64,000 nucleotides of DNA, from IMG/VR virus record IMGVR_UViG_3300042562_003539, positions 4,912 through 68,911 of that record. One strand, written 5' to 3'. The notes under the pieces were generated by a model. It was not told the DNA's origin, made no database searches, and saw nothing but the letters and a program-made list of their open reading frames with translations. The stretch is from a virus. The position numbers and the translations under genes are program-made. Positions 1-9,056 of this stretch are shown one piece after another. Position 1 is the first letter of the stretch. Every line of letters starts with the position of its first letter.

Positions 1-35
1 TGATTATACATGATATTCCTTTTATTTATGTATGA

Positions 36-197
36 TTATTTTTTCTTTTTTTTCTTTTCTACTTCTCTGCCGCCGATAATAATTGGTTCTGGATACATCT
101 TTTGCACAGTGCCGCCAAATAGTCTCGTTGGAACATGAGCAACACCAGACGTGCTTGTTCCAACTTCTCTTAATTTAATCCATTCTCTAAATTTCAT
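36..197 (-). CDS. small hypothetical protein (53 aa) with capsid-targeting-like N-terminus, MKFREWIKLRE...EKKKKKK
   Basis: Hand translation, below the ORF-track cutoff; GAGG RBS 6 nt upstream; co-oriented with 211..657. Confidence 0.7.
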   Translation of the reverse strand: MKFREWIKLREVGTSTSGVAHVPTRLFGGTVQKMYPEPIIIGGREVEKKKKKK

Positions 198-210
198 ATT
201 AGCCTCACAT

Positions 211-657
211 TTATGGAGATCCGCCAGCGGCGCTTTGAATGGCTGGTTGCCAACCGCCTGTCAAAAAGTCTTGCAAATCTTTTCTTTTCACAAAATATTT
301 ACGTCTATCTTTATATTTGCTTTTATTTGCAACATTTCCCTTGAGATAGCTTCTATCTTTATCACCATGAACTAATTCTATATCAGCGCCAGCCTGTGTC
401 ATTGATCCCTTAGAAATTTTCCAAGGTTGCAACTTATAAAGAACTTCTTTGCCTTTGGTTCCTAGAGGAAAATGTGAAGAAACCCATGGTTCGCCAGAAA
501 AAGTATTTTTAATATCACTCCAAGTCATATTTTCTTCATCTTCTAATGAAGCAAAATAATCTTGTTTTTTTGAGTCGCCAGATGCTACGATATCTTTTTC
601 TTGAGATGGGTCCATCTCCTCAAAAAATTTCTTAAATCCTGAAAATGAAGGTCGCAT
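211..657 (-). CDS. hypothetical protein
   Basis: 148-aa ORF with normal composition; N-terminus SFSGFKKFFEE. Confidence 0.75.
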   Translation of the reverse strand: MRPSFSGFKKFFEEMDPSQEKDIVASGDSKKQDYFASLEDEENMTWSDIKNTFSGEPWVSSHFPLGTKGKEVLYKLQPWKISKGSMTQAGADIELVHGDKDRSYLKGNVANKSKYKDRRKYFVKRKDLQDFLTGGWQPAIQSAAGGSP

Positions 658-840
658 AATTTATATATTATCTCTAGGCTTTTTTACAAAATAAAGCAAA
701 ACTGTAAATTTAATGTCTGCTGCTTCTATTTGACTGCTTCGCATCCAAGTTTAGCAAAATTCAAATTATACAAGGCCATTATTATCCTTTTTTGAAATTA
801 TTATTTATATATATGTTGTAAAACATTTACAGGTAAAATT

Positions 841-1233
841 ATGAACTCTCCTTCTTTTTCATCATTTCGTGACTTAATGGATCGCTGGGACATCCAGCTT
901 GAACACATTGATTCAATGAATGATCTTTTAGACAAGCACGAACTAATACTTTTCTTTAAAAAAGGGGACGAGTATTTTGGTGCTCCTGAAGACAGCAGGC
1001 TTATATTTGCCAAACTCAAAACTGATACAGAAGATGATCCAATGATGCCGGGATTTCGTCAAGAAGCACGGTTTCCTGCATTTAATTTAATTAAATTTTT
1101 AAGTAATGATCCTGAAAAATCAACAGAAAGTGTATTTGGCATCAAAGATCTACCGAAGATCACTGTCTGTCCCCGTGAAGAAGCTATCGATAATATGATG
1201 AAATTCTCCAAAAAGAAATCAAAAAAGAAATGA
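841..1233 (+). CDS. hypothetical protein
   Basis: 130-aa ORF, AGGT RBS, ATGA overlap with next gene. Confidence 0.75.
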   Translation: MNSPSFSSFRDLMDRWDIQLEHIDSMNDLLDKHELILFFKKGDEYFGAPEDSRLIFAKLKTDTEDDPMMPGFRQEARFPAFNLIKFLSNDPEKSTESVFGIKDLPKITVCPREEAIDNMMKFSKKKSKKK

Positions 1234-1901
1234 CGCTACCATTTTCAAAAGATAATGGAAAAAGAAAATACACATGTTTTGTGTGCGGAGTTGTTCATGA
1301 AAATTTTGAAGACTATAAAGCGCATATCATCGAATCTCATGAAGAAGGCAGAGAATACATTTTATGTCCTCTTGCTCGTTGTGGCTGTCCCGTTCGTTGT
1401 GTGCGAACTCATTACAAAGCGATACACCCACATGAAAAAAATATACCGAAAAACGGACAGATGAAGGCTATTATATGGAAAGACCAGTCTGCGAAGACTG
1501 GTAAGCTTAAACAACGCAAGCCGAAGTTCAGAGAAGGATACATGATGTCCAACAAGAACGGAGGCAAGGAAATGCATTATCGATCAGGGATGGAATGCGA
1601 TGTTTACGAATGCTTGGAGGCAATGCCAGAAGTTATTGGATATGAAGTGGAGCCACTTAAAGTCCAATATACATTTGAAGGAAACATTCATGAATATAAC
1701 CCTGACTTAAAGGTTATGTTCGATGACGGAAGAATTGAAATTTGGGAAATCAAACCGGCAAATCAAACAACATTGCCAAGGAATAATGCGAAATGGACAG
1801 CGTGCAACCAATATTGCCAGCAGAGAGGATTAGGATTTATGGTCTTGACAGAAGTCGGGATGGGCAAACTAAAACAAAGGATCAAAAATCTCCCTCGATA
1901 A
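1230..1901 (+). CDS. C2H2 zinc-finger / TnsA-like (T4 gp4 head-completion type) PD-(D/E)XK endonuclease
   Basis: CFVC..12..HIIESH and CPLARC..HYKAIH fingers; YRSGME, YEVEP, YNPD, EIKP motifs of the TnsA_N/gp4 family. Confidence 0.8.
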   Translation: MTLPFSKDNGKRKYTCFVCGVVHENFEDYKAHIIESHEEGREYILCPLARCGCPVRCVRTHYKAIHPHEKNIPKNGQMKAIIWKDQSAKTGKLKQRKPKFREGYMMSNKNGGKEMHYRSGMECDVYECLEAMPEVIGYEVEPLKVQYTFEGNIHEYNPDLKVMFDDGRIEIWEIKPANQTTLPRNNAKWTACNQYCQQRGLGFMVLTEVGMGKLKQRIKNLPR

Positions 1902-2030
1902 AAATACTAGATGAACTAGTTACATACAAATGCTCAAACAGAGAAAGCGGAATACGCTGGCTTCAAGGAGCACATCCTGAAATGGGAACGATAATTGAAG
2001 GCAAAAATGGTTATGAAACTGTTCAAAAAT

Positions 2031-2708
2031 TTACTCGATATTGTGATCATATCCGATAAATTCAAGAAAAAAACGACTTTTTAAAATATAAGGAACAACA
2101 GATTCCCTTATCTTCTTATGCAAATCCTCAATGCTTCCATCATTCTTGATGAAATAATCAAAATATCTCAATTCATGTGGAACAGTTATTCCATATCTCA
2201 TTATGTTGCTTGAATAATCAACAGGACCTTCTTTCAAATTTCCAGAAGCCCATTGAAGCAATGGTTTTACTTGTGATTCACTTGGATTGGGGTCATCATT
2301 CAAAAATCCCTGTCGATATATCAAAAAAACAAGTCCATTTTTAGATTTAACGGCTTCTGCTTCTGAGAAGTACCTTGAATCAGAAATAATTAAATTTTTT
2401 GTTTTGTCTCTTAAAGCGATATCAATCCAAATATCTGGACGAATTTGTCTGAATCCATCACCAATAAATTGCAAGGCCTTACGAACAGGCATTGATAAAT
2501 TAGGAGGACACTCATCTTTAGTCTTCCATTCTTCAATAAATTGTCGATCAACTTCAAATGTTTTACAAAAAGTATCTTTTACTGCGTTTGCAAATGCAGT
2601 ACGCTCCCATATAATTTTATTAGGCATACTATTTAATTCTTTTTGCAGATAATCACAAAAAGTATCTTTACCATTTTGAGCTTGGCCTGTAGCTGAAATG
2701 ATTTTCAA
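2031..2708 (-). CDS. deoxynucleoside monophosphate kinase (T4 gp1-like)
   Basis: P-loop GQAQNGKDT, AFANAVK, RKALQFIGDGFR, IISDSRY.SE, IKNDGSIEDL. Confidence 0.85.
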   Translation of the reverse strand: MKIISATGQAQNGKDTFCDYLQKELNSMPNKIIWERTAFANAVKDTFCKTFEVDRQFIEEWKTKDECPPNLSMPVRKALQFIGDGFRQIRPDIWIDIALRDKTKNLIISDSRYFSEAEAVKSKNGLVFLIYRQGFLNDDPNPSESQVKPLLQWASGNLKEGPVDYSSNIMRYGITVPHELRYFDYFIKNDGSIEDLHKKIRESVVPYILKSRFFLEFIGYDHNIE

Positions 2709-2748
2709 TTTATTTCTCCTTAACTAAATTATAAGCGGAGTTTAAGTT

Positions 2749-3018
2749 ATGTTCAAGAAAAAACCTGTAGAAAAAGTATGCGGCAATTGTCTTTTGTACA
2801 ACCATGAAAAAAAAGAATGTAAAGTTGCAGTTCTCGTCGAAGGACAAGAATATCATCTTCCTGTTTTCCATCGTGATAAATGTCATCTAGAACAACTAAA
2901 TATACCAGTCCAACAAGTAAGATGGTGGGTCGAAGATGAAAACGGCAACCAAACTGAAGGCAATGGGACAGTAAAAGTAGAATATCCCACGGGATTTTTC
3001 GGCGAAGAAAGGAAATAA
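2749..3018 (+). CDS. hypothetical protein (CxxC)
   Basis: 89-aa ORF, GGAG RBS, CGNC..C..CH. Confidence 0.7.
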   Translation: MFKKKPVEKVCGNCLLYNHEKKECKVAVLVEGQEYHLPVFHRDKCHLEQLNIPVQQVRWWVEDENGNQTEGNGTVKVEYPTGFFGEERK

Positions 3019-3695
3019 TGGCTGGAAACTGTACTCCTCCTTATGCATGTGGAACAGGTGGGTTTTGCAATTGTAATTGCAAATGCATACGTCCATGTGG
3101 GAATTATTCTTGTTGTGTCGAAAACATAACGTATAAATACACAATATATTTTAATTACGCTGAAAAACCATGCTGTCCAACAGCAACAGTAAATGTTGAC
3201 ATTGAATTTTTACTAGAAACCGATGGATGTTGCTTCACTCCATATGAAAGTCCACTCGGCACCATGATGGAACTTCGTGTAGTAGGAAATGGAGTTCTCA
3301 AAATAACGCCGGGATCACATTATCAAGATTCAGGTTGTTTTTGTGTGCCAACTGATCTATCTTGTGATGTTCCGGGCACTAAACCAATAGTATATGCGAC
3401 AATATTAAATATTACTACAGGATATTCTTGCACACTGTCAGAAGCAGCTGCATTGGCTGGAGAAAATCTAGAATGTGGCGTCAATGATTGTGATTCAATA
3501 CAAATTTTTTTCCAACCAACTGCAAGCTGGCCGGGAACTTGTTGTTGTGCTGGTGGCCCTAGTGGATACATACTTGGCAATGATATTGGAAATACTTGCA
3601 GCAGTGGTATGCCCATGAGAAGAAATAGAACAACTATGCTTGGACTAAAATATCAAATTTTATCACGCATTAAAAAAGTTCGCTACAAGCCTTGA
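3018..3695 (+). CDS. cysteine-rich hypothetical protein
   Basis: 225 aa, more than 20 Cys incl. CNCNCKC, CC, CCC; TAATG coupling to upstream gene. Confidence 0.7.
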   Translation: MAGNCTPPYACGTGGFCNCNCKCIRPCGNYSCCVENITYKYTIYFNYAEKPCCPTATVNVDIEFLLETDGCCFTPYESPLGTMMELRVVGNGVLKITPGSHYQDSGCFCVPTDLSCDVPGTKPIVYATILNITTGYSCTLSEAAALAGENLECGVNDCDSIQIFFQPTASWPGTCCCAGGPSGYILGNDIGNTCSSGMPMRRNRTTMLGLKYQILSRIKKVRYKP

Positions 3696-5704
3696 GCCTG
3701 TTGAATAATTTTTTTAACTGCATCACCTTTCATATTAATTATTTTACCAAGTTTTTCTGCATCAGTATTAGCAATGTCTTTAGCAGTTTTTATTCCTGCA
3801 TCATATAACTTATTGGCTCTAACACGTCCAATATTATCAATCTTACACAAATTAATCAAGTGTGCAGGAACACCATAAGCTATTCTTCCCTCAAGAGTTT
3901 TTAACCACCCAGAACGATTCCAAGAACCTCCCATGCTATCTAAAGCTATCAAAATCTGAGATAATCTATTGAAATCGAACTGTAAATTTCTTTGAAAGCT
4001 AGCCAAAGCTTGTGAGTTAGTGCCATTCAAGAGTGAATAGTAACAGTATCCAGCCTTAATGGCTCCATCGGCTAAGAATTTACCAGTAAACTTCAATCTA
4101 GCCTGATTGGCGTACAAGCTCATTTCGTCTTTCTCTGCTTTGTTAACAATGTTAGACCTTTGACTGTCAATGTTGCCTAGTGCCAATGAAAGAAGATGAT
4201 CATCATTCTCTTTTCCAGAATCAAACAAAGACTTGAAGTTAAAATACAAATCGCTTACATCAAAAGGACTTATGTAAAACATACTGGCAACTTTGCCAAT
4301 TGTTCTGGCATTCCACTTATCATCCTCTAAGCCAATGGCACCGCATTTTCTCAATAATTCAAGAGTAGAATCAACAACGCTATCATCGAATGACTTATTT
4401 TGAAAATAAGCCAATGATCTTTTAAACCACTTGCGAACATCATCTGTGGTTTCAATTCCGCCAAAATAAATTTCACTAACCAAGTGAAACGCCAATGTTT
4501 TATAATTATTGCCATATTTTTCGAGAAGCTGAGATTCTATTCTGTTCGGCTTGTTGAATTTTTGCTTATATAAACTCACTTGGCTTTCTGGAACAAGAAC
4601 ATAAGCATCTCCCATGGGATCGATGCCATATCTTCCTGATCTACCGCACATTTGAATAATTTCATGAGATTCGACTTCGTCAACACCACGATTGACACCT
4701 AAGATAATCACTCTTCTGGCAGGCATATTAAGACCTGCTGCCAAAGTACTTGTTGCAACAACTACTTTGAATTTTGGATCGTTACGGAATTTATCTTCTA
4801 CTTTTGCTCTTTCTGCTGATTCGAGGTCAGAACTATGAAATTGGCAATCAATTCCTGCTGATTGAAGTTCTTTCTTCATCATTTCGCCAGTTCTTTTGGT
4901 ATGAGTAAAGACGATGAACTTATCATCTTTATACCATTCGACAATATCCATTGCCTTATTGATTTTTTCTTGCTCTAGGAGATCATATCTTTTTATGCTG
5001 TCGTCATATGTTTCATAATGGATTGTAAGAGGAACAGGTCTATATTCTGACCTTAGAACAAATGTCTGCTTTTGATTAAGGCTATAACTTACCCATTCTG
5101 CAAGTTGTTCTACGTTTGGCATTGTTGCGGAAAGGAGAACGATTCTGGCAGTTGGATTGATTTGAGTGAATTTCATCAATCCGACTTCTAGGTGATCTCC
5201 ACGATTTTGAACTCCGATTGTGTGGAATTCATCGATGACAAGAGTCCCAATTTTCTTGAGAAATTGACTTTGTTCTGAATTGTGTGATCTGCTTCTATGA
5301 CTAAGCATTTCACTTGTCATGATGATAATATCGGCATCATCAAGCTCTTTGGTTCTTTCTTTGGTGAGTCTGTAATCGCCTGTGCAGATGCTTATTTTTA
5401 GGTCAGAGAGGTGATATTCTGGATTTGTCCAATCGGTCACCTTTTCACGGGCCAAGGCTCTGAGAGGGGCAAGGAACATTCCTTTTCCTCCTCTTTCACG
5501 AATTTCTTGAGAGAGAAACTGTTCTGCAATCACGGTTTTACCAGCACTTGTCCTTGCTGCGACAAGTGTATTGCAGTCTTGATTATAGAAGTCCATGATC
5601 CTGCTTTGGACAGGATTGAATTTTTCAAATTTCCATTTAGCGAATGGAAATTCCGATGTGGCTACGCAAACATCTTGATCTGAAACTTTAATGATGGGCG
5701 GCAT
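3683..5704 (-). CDS. Ski2/Hel308-like superfamily 2 DEAD/H helicase with C-terminal HhH
   Basis: FNPVQ Q-motif, ARTSAGKT, APLRALA, DEFH, LSAT, TSTLAAGLNMPA, QMCGRSGR; C-terminal NIGRVRANKLYDAG. Confidence 0.9.
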   Translation of the reverse strand: MPPIIKVSDQDVCVATSEFPFAKWKFEKFNPVQSRIMDFYNQDCNTLVAARTSAGKTVIAEQFLSQEIRERGGKGMFLAPLRALAREKVTDWTNPEYHLSDLKISICTGDYRLTKERTKELDDADIIIMTSEMLSHRSRSHNSEQSQFLKKIGTLVIDEFHTIGVQNRGDHLEVGLMKFTQINPTARIVLLSATMPNVEQLAEWVSYSLNQKQTFVLRSEYRPVPLTIHYETYDDSIKRYDLLEQEKINKAMDIVEWYKDDKFIVFTHTKRTGEMMKKELQSAGIDCQFHSSDLESAERAKVEDKFRNDPKFKVVVATSTLAAGLNMPARRVIILGVNRGVDEVESHEIIQMCGRSGRYGIDPMGDAYVLVPESQVSLYKQKFNKPNRIESQLLEKYGNNYKTLAFHLVSEIYFGGIETTDDVRKWFKRSLAYFQNKSFDDSVVDSTLELLRKCGAIGLEDDKWNARTIGKVASMFYISPFDVSDLYFNFKSLFDSGKENDDHLLSLALGNIDSQRSNIVNKAEKDEMSLYANQARLKFTGKFLADGAIKAGYCYYSLLNGTNSQALASFQRNLQFDFNRLSQILIALDSMGGSWNRSGWLKTLEGRIAYGVPAHLINLCKIDNIGRVRANKLYDAGIKTAKDIANTDAEKLGKIINMKGDAVKKIIQQAQGL

Positions 5705-5725
5705 GACAACCTCTTGATTTTTTTG

Positions 5726-5753
5726 ATTATAGCAAATTAATCAAGGTTTTCAA
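5726..5753 (-). promoter_or_regulatory. sigma70-type promoter for the helicase
   Basis: TTGAAA-N16-TATAAT with extended TG, 21 nt upstream of ATG. Confidence 0.6.
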
Positions 5754-5971
5754 TATGGAATTTTATCATTGAACATATCGAGGATTTTTTTGTTCTCTTG
5801 GAATCTTCGGCCATCATTTTTATTTGTTGCTCTATCAAAGCTATCAAACATAATAATGGTGTCTGCTGCACCTTCACGATAGCCGTGAGATTGTCCCCAA
5901 TAAAATCCAAGAGCCAAGCAGGTAATACCAGCAAGGCTCATTGGAATTAAATGTAATGCGTACTTAATCAA
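5750..5971 (-). CDS. small membrane protein
   Basis: N-terminal hydrophobic helix then GFYWGQSHGYREG. Confidence 0.6.
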   Translation of the reverse strand: MIKYALHLIPMSLAGITCLALGFYWGQSHGYREGAADTIIMFDSFDRATNKNDGRRFQENKKILDMFNDKIPY

Positions 5972-6222
5972 GCAACTGCACCCAATCTTTTTTCATGTTC
6001 CTTATTAACTGCAAAGTAAACCATATCAATCATATCATACAATTCAAAACATCCATCCGCAGAATCGAACCATTTATCAATTTCTCTGATGTTGCCGAGA
6101 AATTCAACTGATTCACCTAAATCGCCACCCAATCTTTGACTGAGTCTGCCATGTAAAAATCTAACATGGTCGTCAGAAAGTTTCAAGCAGAACTCTCTTA
6201 GATAAACTTCTGGCTTCTTCAT
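5968..6222 (-). CDS. hypothetical protein
   Basis: Start at MKKPEVY with GAGG RBS. Confidence 0.7.
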   Translation of the reverse strand: MKKPEVYLREFCLKLSDDHVRFLHGRLSQRLGGDLGESVEFLGNIREIDKWFDSADGCFELYDMIDMVYFAVNKEHEKRLGAVA

Positions 6223-6245
6223 ATTTAACCTCACGGGAGAAAAGT

Positions 6246-6572
6246 GTGGATATTTTTAATGCTGACAAACTAGAATCTCTTTTAGTCGCCAACTGGACAC
6301 ACTTTATTAACAGTTCCAAGCTGATGGCGTATGTACTGAAAAACGTACAAGAAAACGCTAACTGCCTCGATATTATATCAAGCGAAAAAATAAAAAACAA
6401 AGGTATACGAGTCACCTTATCAAGATTCCATTTAAATAAAAATGGATTCTTGATTTGGGTTGAATTTAATACGCCAGTTGCCAACAGCAAGTATGCTGAA
6501 GGTACAATGGAATTAAATTTAAGTTTTGATGGCACATTAAATTTCATTACCATGAATGGTAATTTAATTTAA
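6246..6572 (+). CDS. hypothetical protein
   Basis: 108-aa ORF with GGAG RBS. Confidence 0.65.
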   Translation: MDIFNADKLESLLVANWTHFINSSKLMAYVLKNVQENANCLDIISSEKIKNKGIRVTLSRFHLNKNGFLIWVEFNTPVANSKYAEGTMELNLSFDGTLNFITMNGNLI

Positions 6573-6868
6573 ACAACATCCAATCTTCTGATATTATCGC
6601 CGTCTCTGTCTATAAATTTATCTTCAAAAACCAAAACTCTCTCATCATCTGAGAATCTTAAGCCCATATTATACGCATCCAAACTTGTTGATCTTCCCTC
6701 TCTGGAGGCAATGACCCAACAATAATCATCTTTTCTTACTAATTCTCCATTTTTATTTTCTTGAGTAGTACCAATTTCCAATTTAACGCTATCTGGCAGA
6801 AGTATCTCTAGTTGTCCGTACTTTAGAAGATGCTCTACAATAAGAGCCTGAATTTTTCTTTTTTTCAT
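6569..6868 (-). CDS. hypothetical protein
   Basis: 99-aa ORF with GAGG RBS. Confidence 0.7.
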   Translation of the reverse strand: MKKRKIQALIVEHLLKYGQLEILLPDSVKLEIGTTQENKNGELVRKDDYCWVIASREGRSTSLDAYNMGLRFSDDERVLVFEDKFIDRDGDNIRRLDVV

Positions 6869-6977
6869 GTTTGGACCCTCGTTAAAGGAAAACGTCAGTA
6901 TATGACGCTGCGAAGTTATATATTGTTTTTTTATTTGATTGTTAAAATCTTCGCACCAAACTTCATGTTTTGAAAAA

Positions 6978-7442
6978 TTAAAAGAAATCTACATTTTTAG
7001 GTTGCATGTATATATACTGGAACCCTTCATACTCGCAAGATTCTGTGTCATATTGATTGGGAATTGGAACTGGTTTTTCAGATCTATCTAAGCAAACAGA
7101 CCAAATATAAATCTTCCTATGATCTTTAAAAATTTCAATTAATGATAAGTGCTTTGACCCAAGAAATCTTTTGCCAATTTTGCAAATTAAATTAAATGGC
7201 AAGAATGGGTGTTTTGTGTTATGAATTTGTAGAGTTTCAATAAGATATTCATTGTAATCTGATTTTTGATAATGTAAAAAAAGATTATAACCATCTATGG
7301 TAACTTCTCTTGCCTTGAAGATTGCCAAATCATCCTCCCAAGTAATCAGTGTTTTGGGATAATTAAAAGGAACAAGTACATTGCCAAGGTTTTTCATTTC
7401 CTTGATTATTTCATCAAGTTTTGATGATTTGCAAAAACTCAT
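6978..7442 (-). CDS. hypothetical protein
   Basis: 154-aa ORF with AAGG RBS. Confidence 0.7.
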   Translation of the reverse strand: MSFCKSSKLDEIIKEMKNLGNVLVPFNYPKTLITWEDDLAIFKAREVTIDGYNLFLHYQKSDYNEYLIETLQIHNTKHPFLPFNLICKIGKRFLGSKHLSLIEIFKDHRKIYIWSVCLDRSEKPVPIPNQYDTESCEYEGFQYIYMQPKNVDFF

Positions 7443-7467
7443 AAAACCTTAAGTTTAATTAACAATG

Positions 7468-8490
7468 TTATATACGAAAATTAGGATTAAATATATCATC
7501 ATAATTTATTGACATTTCGCCATACTCAGAACACATATCTTCAATTTCTTTTTGAGCAAACCTTCTAGCACTACTACCCATTATACCATTTGATTTTTCA
7601 TAATTGCAATTTAAATGCAAACGATCAAGAAACCATTCATATACTTGAGTCAATCCCGGTGAAAGATTGTATTTTGAATTGAATCCAAGAAAATCAAAAA
7701 CATCTCGTGGATCAAGCCAACAATAACCAGACCAAGGATCTCCAGAGTAATAAGAGTTTGGCACGCCAAACTTTAAGGCTCTATCAATAAAATGTAATAA
7801 AAGTCTGATGTAATTCTTTGCCGTCCATGGATCAAGACAGCATTCTCCATCCATGATTCTAAACTCAATCGTTTTTCGTTTGTTGTTGTAATAATGATAA
7901 GTGTTAATTGTATAATACTTGCAGCAACCAAGCTTGCGAATCAAATAATCATTAGAATGAAATCCATCTTCAACTCTTTCAAAAATTTCCGATTGCCCCA
8001 GCAACTGACAATACTGATTGCGCTTGCGGCTTGTTGGCATTGAATCCATAAAAACTGGCTCACATTTAATCCACCAAGTAATAATGTTTGCCAATTCTTG
8101 CTCGCTAAGATCACTCACATCAACATGAACGTGAAAGCTGCATCTTTCATCAGCATTGATTTTATTATCGTTCCCAAGCGCATCAATTACCTTACAAGTT
8201 TCCATAAGTCCAGCCCAGCCCTTAAGCACTGGTGTGCATATTTCGATGCCACAACTACTGTCAGGTTTGATAATCCAATCACTATTGTTGTGGTCATATG
8301 CCCATTTGTGTATTTTAACTATTTTTTCAGAAGATTTTTGTACTAAATTTGCTACATAATATGTGCCTTCTGGCAATATTCCATCATTGTGACCAAGCGG
8401 CCTATTCCTAAAATCAAATGCATTGATTTCAATTTCCGCACCAAATCTTCGGAGGTTGTTTATATCAATATTTTCTTTGATAAATTCCAT
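7468..8490 (-). CDS. putative amidoligase (Amidoligase_2 / COOH-NH2 ligase type)
   Basis: RFGAEIE, KPDSS, EICTPVL, CSFHVHV, TIEFR motifs; start taken at MEFIKE (AGGGGG RBS). Confidence 0.8.
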   Translation of the reverse strand: MEFIKENIDINNLRRFGAEIEINAFDFRNRPLGHNDGILPEGTYYVANLVQKSSEKIVKIHKWAYDHNNSDWIIKPDSSCGIEICTPVLKGWAGLMETCKVIDALGNDNKINADERCSFHVHVDVSDLSEQELANIITWWIKCEPVFMDSMPTSRKRNQYCQLLGQSEIFERVEDGFHSNDYLIRKLGCCKYYTINTYHYYNNKRKTIEFRIMDGECCLDPWTAKNYIRLLLHFIDRALKFGVPNSYYSGDPWSGYCWLDPRDVFDFLGFNSKYNLSPGLTQVYEWFLDRLHLNCNYEKSNGIMGSSARRFAQKEIEDMCSEYGEMSINYDDIFNPNFRI

Positions 8491-8597
8491 CGAAAACCCC
8501 CTGTTCACATTATAAGAATAGCAACTTTGAGTAGCAATTTATTAAATCAAACCTATAATTATTTACAAAGGCGTCGTAAAGACACAAGGAGCAATAC

Positions 8598-9056
8598 ATG
8601 AAATGCCTCTTAATTGAAACTAAAGATAAAAGAAAATTTTTCACTCATAAGAAAAATTTCAGTCAACTTATTGAATTTTGCAAAATTTTTAAAGCAAATT
8701 TATCAATAGTCAACATGAAAGAAGGTGCGATTTTAGATCTAGAAGAATTAGTTCCTGCTCTTTGCAACCCAAAACAAAAAAAACAAAACTATGAATATGT
8801 CGTTATAGAAAATAAAATTTCACCATGTTGTGAAAAACCAAACAAACGTGAAATGGCAAAAAAAATTCAAAACAATATTAAAAATAATTTTTTAAGTAAT
8901 AAAATAATTGTTTTGAAAGAACTTAAAGGAAAATATAACAAATATGGTTTTAGTGACGCAAATCTTTGCAATTATGTAAAGAAAATTAAAAACGAACTTT
9001 CAAAAGAAGGATATACTTTTTCAAAAATAGCAGCAGGAGCATATAAAATTTTATGA
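8598..9056 (+). CDS. hypothetical protein, possible C-terminal winged helix
   Basis: 152 aa, AGGAG RBS, basic C-terminus ending KIAAGAYKI. Confidence 0.65.
   Translation: MKCLLIETKDKRKFFTHKKNFSQLIEFCKIFKANLSIVNMKEGAILDLEELVPALCNPKQKKQNYEYVVIENKISPCCEKPNKREMAKKIQNNIKNNFLSNKIIVLKELKGKYNKYGFSDANLCNYVKKIKNELSKEGYTFSKIAAGAYKIL

Noticed and set aside
1230-1901. TnsA-like gene as a Tn7 transposon
   Set aside because: No TnsB/TnsC or terminal repeats; solo TnsA-like nucleases are common in T4-like phages.
1793-2059. 88-aa ORF bridging the nuclease and kinase genes
   Set aside because: Overlaps both neighbours and has no clear RBS; cannot be supported, though a short gene in 1902-2059 is not excluded.
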